A DNA stretch of 64,000 bases, from contig JAJDBQ010000171.1 of the NCBI GenBank assembly GCA_029261255.1, forward strand, positions 1,705 through 65,704, in the 5' to 3' direction. The notes under the pieces were generated by a model. The model was given only the letters and a program-made list of their open reading frames with translations. It was not told where the DNA came from and made no database searches. A program made the position numbers and the translations under genes. The stretch is from Nitrospirales bacterium. GTDB taxonomy: Bacteria > Nitrospirota > Nitrospiria > Nitrospirales > UBA8639. Numbering within the stretch: position 1 is the stretch's first letter; every line of letters begins with the position of its first letter. Shown here in pieces: positions 61,113 through 64,000 of the stretch.

Positions 61113-61505
61113 ATGATATTCATCGGAAAAATAGGCTGGAGCCTGGTACTCAGCGGATTGATGATCGTACTTTCAGCAGATCTGGCCATGATAGGTGCCA
61201 CTCCTTCTCGAGACATTTCAATTTTCACAGAGCCGCCGTTCTTTTCCCCCAACCAAGCAACTATTTCATTAGGGACACCGCTCGCCTGGCAGAACCGAAC
61301 GGGAGAACCCCACTCCATCGTTTCAGATGACTGTCGCTTTGGAAACACTTGTTCTTTCGATTCTGGATTTTTATCCCCTAACGCCAGTTTTACGCTTCCC
61401 CCACTCAAGCCAGGACGCTATCCCTACCACTGCGGCATCCATCCCTTCATGCGAGGCCTCCTCACCATCCACCCCCCTCAATCATTCTCCTCTTCTGATA
61501 TATAA
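61113..61505 (+). CDS. Cupredoxin (plastocyanin/amicyanin-like) type-1 copper protein
   Basis: Signal peptide, PHSI and YHCGIHPFMRG (His/Cys/His/Met ligands). Confidence 0.85.
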   Translation: MIFIGKIGWSLVLSGLMIVLSADLAMIGATPSRDISIFTEPPFFSPNQATISLGTPLAWQNRTGEPHSIVSDDCRFGNTCSFDSGFLSPNASFTLPPLKPGRYPYHCGIHPFMRGLLTIHPPQSFSSSDI

Positions 61506-61554
61506 TCCACAAAAAATAGCAATTGAATACGAGAAGCCCGTTTTCAGTATGTGA

Positions 61555-61610
61555 TACGTGAGCACGAAAAAATGACGAGAACGCCGCTGACGGATCTTTT
61601 CAACAACCCC
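61555..61610 (+). repeat. Dispersed structured repeat, copy 3 (3' half only)
   Basis: TACGTGAGCACG...GACGAGAACGCCGCTGACGGATCTTTTCAAC. Confidence 0.7.
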
Positions 61611-61703
61611 TCTGTCATTGCACGGAATACGAGTCGAATGGTACATTCGCACTATCCGGTCATAATAATTGATAAATTTTGTATTTCTAATACGCAAATG
61701 ACT

Positions 61704-61781
61704 GATCCCATCGTCTAGCCTGGTCTAGGACGGCACCCTCTCAAGGTGCAGACACGGGTTCAAATCCCGTTGGGATCACCA
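61704..61781 (+). tRNA. tRNA-Glu(CTC)
   Basis: GATCCCATCGTCTAG...GCACC-CTCTCAA-GGTGC...GGTTCAAATCCCGTTGGGATCACCA. Confidence 0.96.
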
Positions 61782-61894
61782 TTTTTCCGGCAAACAATAT
61801 CCCTCCCTCAGTCGTCTTTGCTGGCCTCCCGCCTGACTGAGTAATAGCCACTCATGATTCATGAATCACTGAAAACAGAATAGAGAACAAACCA

Positions 61895-62995
61895 ATGACT
61901 GAACGAACATTTCATGATGGTGAAAGTGATGGACTCGAAGCCCTGGAGGCCCTTGACCCTGAAACGATTACCTCTTTTTCTGACCTACTAGGAGCCATGA
62001 AAAAGACGGCCTTTGGCGGTCGGCGCCTTGGCGAAGGATTTGAAATTCTCTCGAAAATGATTCAGGACCCGGACTGCGCTGTGATCATGACGCTTTCAGG
62101 TGCCATGACGATTGCTAAAATGGGAAAAATTATTTGCAGCATGCTTGATCGCGGCATGGTACAAGCCGTCGTCTCCACCGGTGCGTTGATTGCTCATGGC
62201 CTGACCGAAGCTGTCGGCAAAACGCATTATAAATACGATCCCTCGATGACCGATTCAGAATTGTTTGAAAAGGGCTACAACCGGGTCTATGACACGCTGG
62301 AGATGGAGCTCAATCTTAATCATGTCGAACAAGTGGTGGGCGAAACACTGAAACGTCTCACGCCTGAAACGACGCTCTCATCCGAAATACTCACACGAGA
62401 ATTAGGTAAAACATTGCACGATCATTACCCAGGCGCCGGCATCCTAAAAAGTGCTTATGAACAGTCTGTACCGGTGTATATTCCTGCGTTCACGGATTCG
62501 GAACTCGGGTTGGATGTTTCGATTTGGGGAATGAACCCCAAGCACTCAGACCAAGCAGCACCAAGCACCGAAGGGAAAACTGATCAAGAAATATGGAATC
62601 AGTTGCGACAGTCCTGCCCAACATTCAATCCATTCTTGGATTTAAACAGTTACACAGAAAAGCTACTTTCAGCGAAACGACTCGGTATTTTCACGATTGG
62701 TGGCGGCGTGCCCCGCAATTGGTCACAGCAAACGCCTCCCTATATCGAGATCCTCAACCTTCGTATGGGCACACAGCTCACACCACCCCGCTTTCACTAT
62801 GGTGTCAGAATTTGTCCCGAGCCGGATTATTGGGGAGGCTTGAGCGGGTGTACCTACGAAGAAGGCGTTTCCTGGGGAAAATTTGTCCCGAAAAAGGAGG
62901 GCGGCCAATTTGCGGAAGTCCTAAGTGATGCCACTGTCGTATGGCCGTTATTGATGATGGGCCTCTTGGAACAAGCCAAAAAGAAAGACCAGTAA
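61895..62995 (+). CDS. Deoxyhypusine synthase-like protein (possible homospermidine synthase)
   Basis: TLSGAM, STGA, PAFTDSELG, IGGGVPRN, GGLSG, EGVSWGK (catalytic Lys), DATVV. Confidence 0.88.
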   Translation: MTERTFHDGESDGLEALEALDPETITSFSDLLGAMKKTAFGGRRLGEGFEILSKMIQDPDCAVIMTLSGAMTIAKMGKIICSMLDRGMVQAVVSTGALIAHGLTEAVGKTHYKYDPSMTDSELFEKGYNRVYDTLEMELNLNHVEQVVGETLKRLTPETTLSSEILTRELGKTLHDHYPGAGILKSAYEQSVPVYIPAFTDSELGLDVSIWGMNPKHSDQAAPSTEGKTDQEIWNQLRQSCPTFNPFLDLNSYTEKLLSAKRLGIFTIGGGVPRNWSQQTPPYIEILNLRMGTQLTPPRFHYGVRICPEPDYWGGLSGCTYEEGVSWGKFVPKKEGGQFAEVLSDATVVWPLLMMGLLEQAKKKDQ

Positions 62996-63081
62996 CAAAC
63001 CTGTTCTTTGACTGCACACCAACGCTTAACTCGACAAGCTCAGCCCCACATGAGACAATAACGAACGAAAGAGAATACCCC

Positions 63082-63759
63082 ATGAACACCAACACCCACA
63101 GCGTCAAGATTCACCTGTTCCTGAATATTTGCCTAGGACTCATCTTGTCAGTCGTGCCCGTCCAAGCCAAGGCTCCGGATTTTTTACTCCAGGCCGATGA
63201 TGTGGTGCGCGGGGATCCTCATGCACCGATTACCTTGCTGGAATATTCGGATTTCACCTGCCACTTTTGCAAAAAGTTTTTTCATGACACCTTCCCGAAA
63301 TTAATAACGGAATATATTGAAACCGGAAAAGTCCGTTTTGTGTATCGAGATTTCCCACGAGGCTTAGGCGCTCCTCTTCGCACAGCTGATGCTGCTCGAT
63401 GCGCCGGCGAGCAACAGGCTTACTGGCCCATGCATGACCGTCTTTTTACAGGTGATGGCCAGTTTAGTAATGAAAATCTAAAAAAAATTGCCGCCGACCT
63501 ACAATTGAAACCAGAGCAATTTGCGCAATGCCTCGATACCCATAAATATTTCCCAGATATCGAAAAAGACCTGAAAGATGCAGGCTCCTTAGGTATTCGT
63601 GGCACCCCATCTTTTGTTATCTTTCCGACAAATGTTCCAGATGACCCCAATCTCATTTTGATTCCTGGAGCGTTCCCTTTCGAAACATTTAAAGAAGAAA
63701 TCGATAAGTTATTAAATCTTCAATCCACCTCAGACTCGCTATCCCCCGCTTCGTCCTAA
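63082..63759 (+). CDS. DsbA-family thiol:disulfide oxidoreductase
   Basis: G...APITLLEYSDFTCHFC (CxxC), GTPSF cis-Pro; start reassigned to ATG 63082 (signal peptide). Confidence 0.88.
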   Translation: MNTNTHSVKIHLFLNICLGLILSVVPVQAKAPDFLLQADDVVRGDPHAPITLLEYSDFTCHFCKKFFHDTFPKLITEYIETGKVRFVYRDFPRGLGAPLRTADAARCAGEQQAYWPMHDRLFTGDGQFSNENLKKIAADLQLKPEQFAQCLDTHKYFPDIEKDLKDAGSLGIRGTPSFVIFPTNVPDDPNLILIPGAFPFETFKEEIDKLLNLQSTSDSLSPASS

Positions 63760-63896
63760 CAGGGAATAACTTGATTTCTAGGATTAACGTTGTCAAGGCA
63801 TGGCCTCATTGATCTTCTTGCGTTAATCACGGTACATTGCTCTTCTGACGAACAGTTTTTTTTCGATTCTTTACCTCAACCTTGCAGGGAACATAC

Positions 63897-64000
63897 ATGA
63901 CTGAATCATTGTCGTTTTGGCCGGTTGAAAGTCAGGAAGGTGAACCAGATTTGTTTGTCTGTCTTACCTGTTTCGAGGAAGTCTTTCGAGCGAAAGTTCC
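63897..64000 (+). CDS. Partial hypothetical protein (CxxC motif), runs off the window
   Basis: MTESLSFWPVESQEGEPDLFVCLTCFEEVFRAKV... Confidence 0.45.
   Translation, partial: MTESLSFWPVESQEGEPDLFVCLTCFEEVFRAKV

Noticed and set aside
1-64000. CRISPR array, rRNA, intact transposase/integrase, prophage genes; many short antisense ORFs in the track
   Set aside because: No regularly spaced repeat-spacer array or such genes seen; the short antisense and overlapping ORFs are shadows of well-supported genes.

Overview
A gene-dense 64 kb chromosomal window from a Nitrospirota (Nitrospira-like, probably marine nitrite-oxidising) bacterium; the taxon is inferred from gene content and style, not from rRNA. 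It opens with a respiratory cluster (truncated PRC-Rieske protein, two c-type cytochromes, a cytochrome bd-like/CydA-like oxidase subunit). Next come a hopanoid/MEP locus (hpnH, ispG, dxs, TPR/TatT-like, Omp85-like barrel, HpnM/MlaC, hpnG, shc), a type IV pilin, and housekeeping genes (dnaB, hisZ, serA, serC, thyX-like, rpsT, holA, lptE, leuS, uvrC, aroE, aroK, glk, rpiA, degP, DHS-like, dsbA). There are three tRNAs (Cys, His, Glu), a FadL plus V4R-like sensor kinase pair, and an H-NOX multi-component signalling operon ending in a decayed sigma54-activator pseudogene. The most interesting signals not explained by the ORF track are: (i) an islet at 48.3-49.5 kb where three 29-bp 11-7-11 palindromic sites (ATGTAAC-N15-GTTAC) with XerD-like arms bracket two orphan genes, like a cassette system; (ii) four small genes, including an unannotated 28-aa Lys/Ala histone-H1-like micro-protein and two paralogous DTVSIS-motif proteins, each preceded by a sigma28-type promoter; (iii) a candidate trans-envelope hopanoid transport module; and (iv) a dispersed ~120-bp structured repeat whose stems co-vary between copies. 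All calls come from reading the sequence; no database searches were run.
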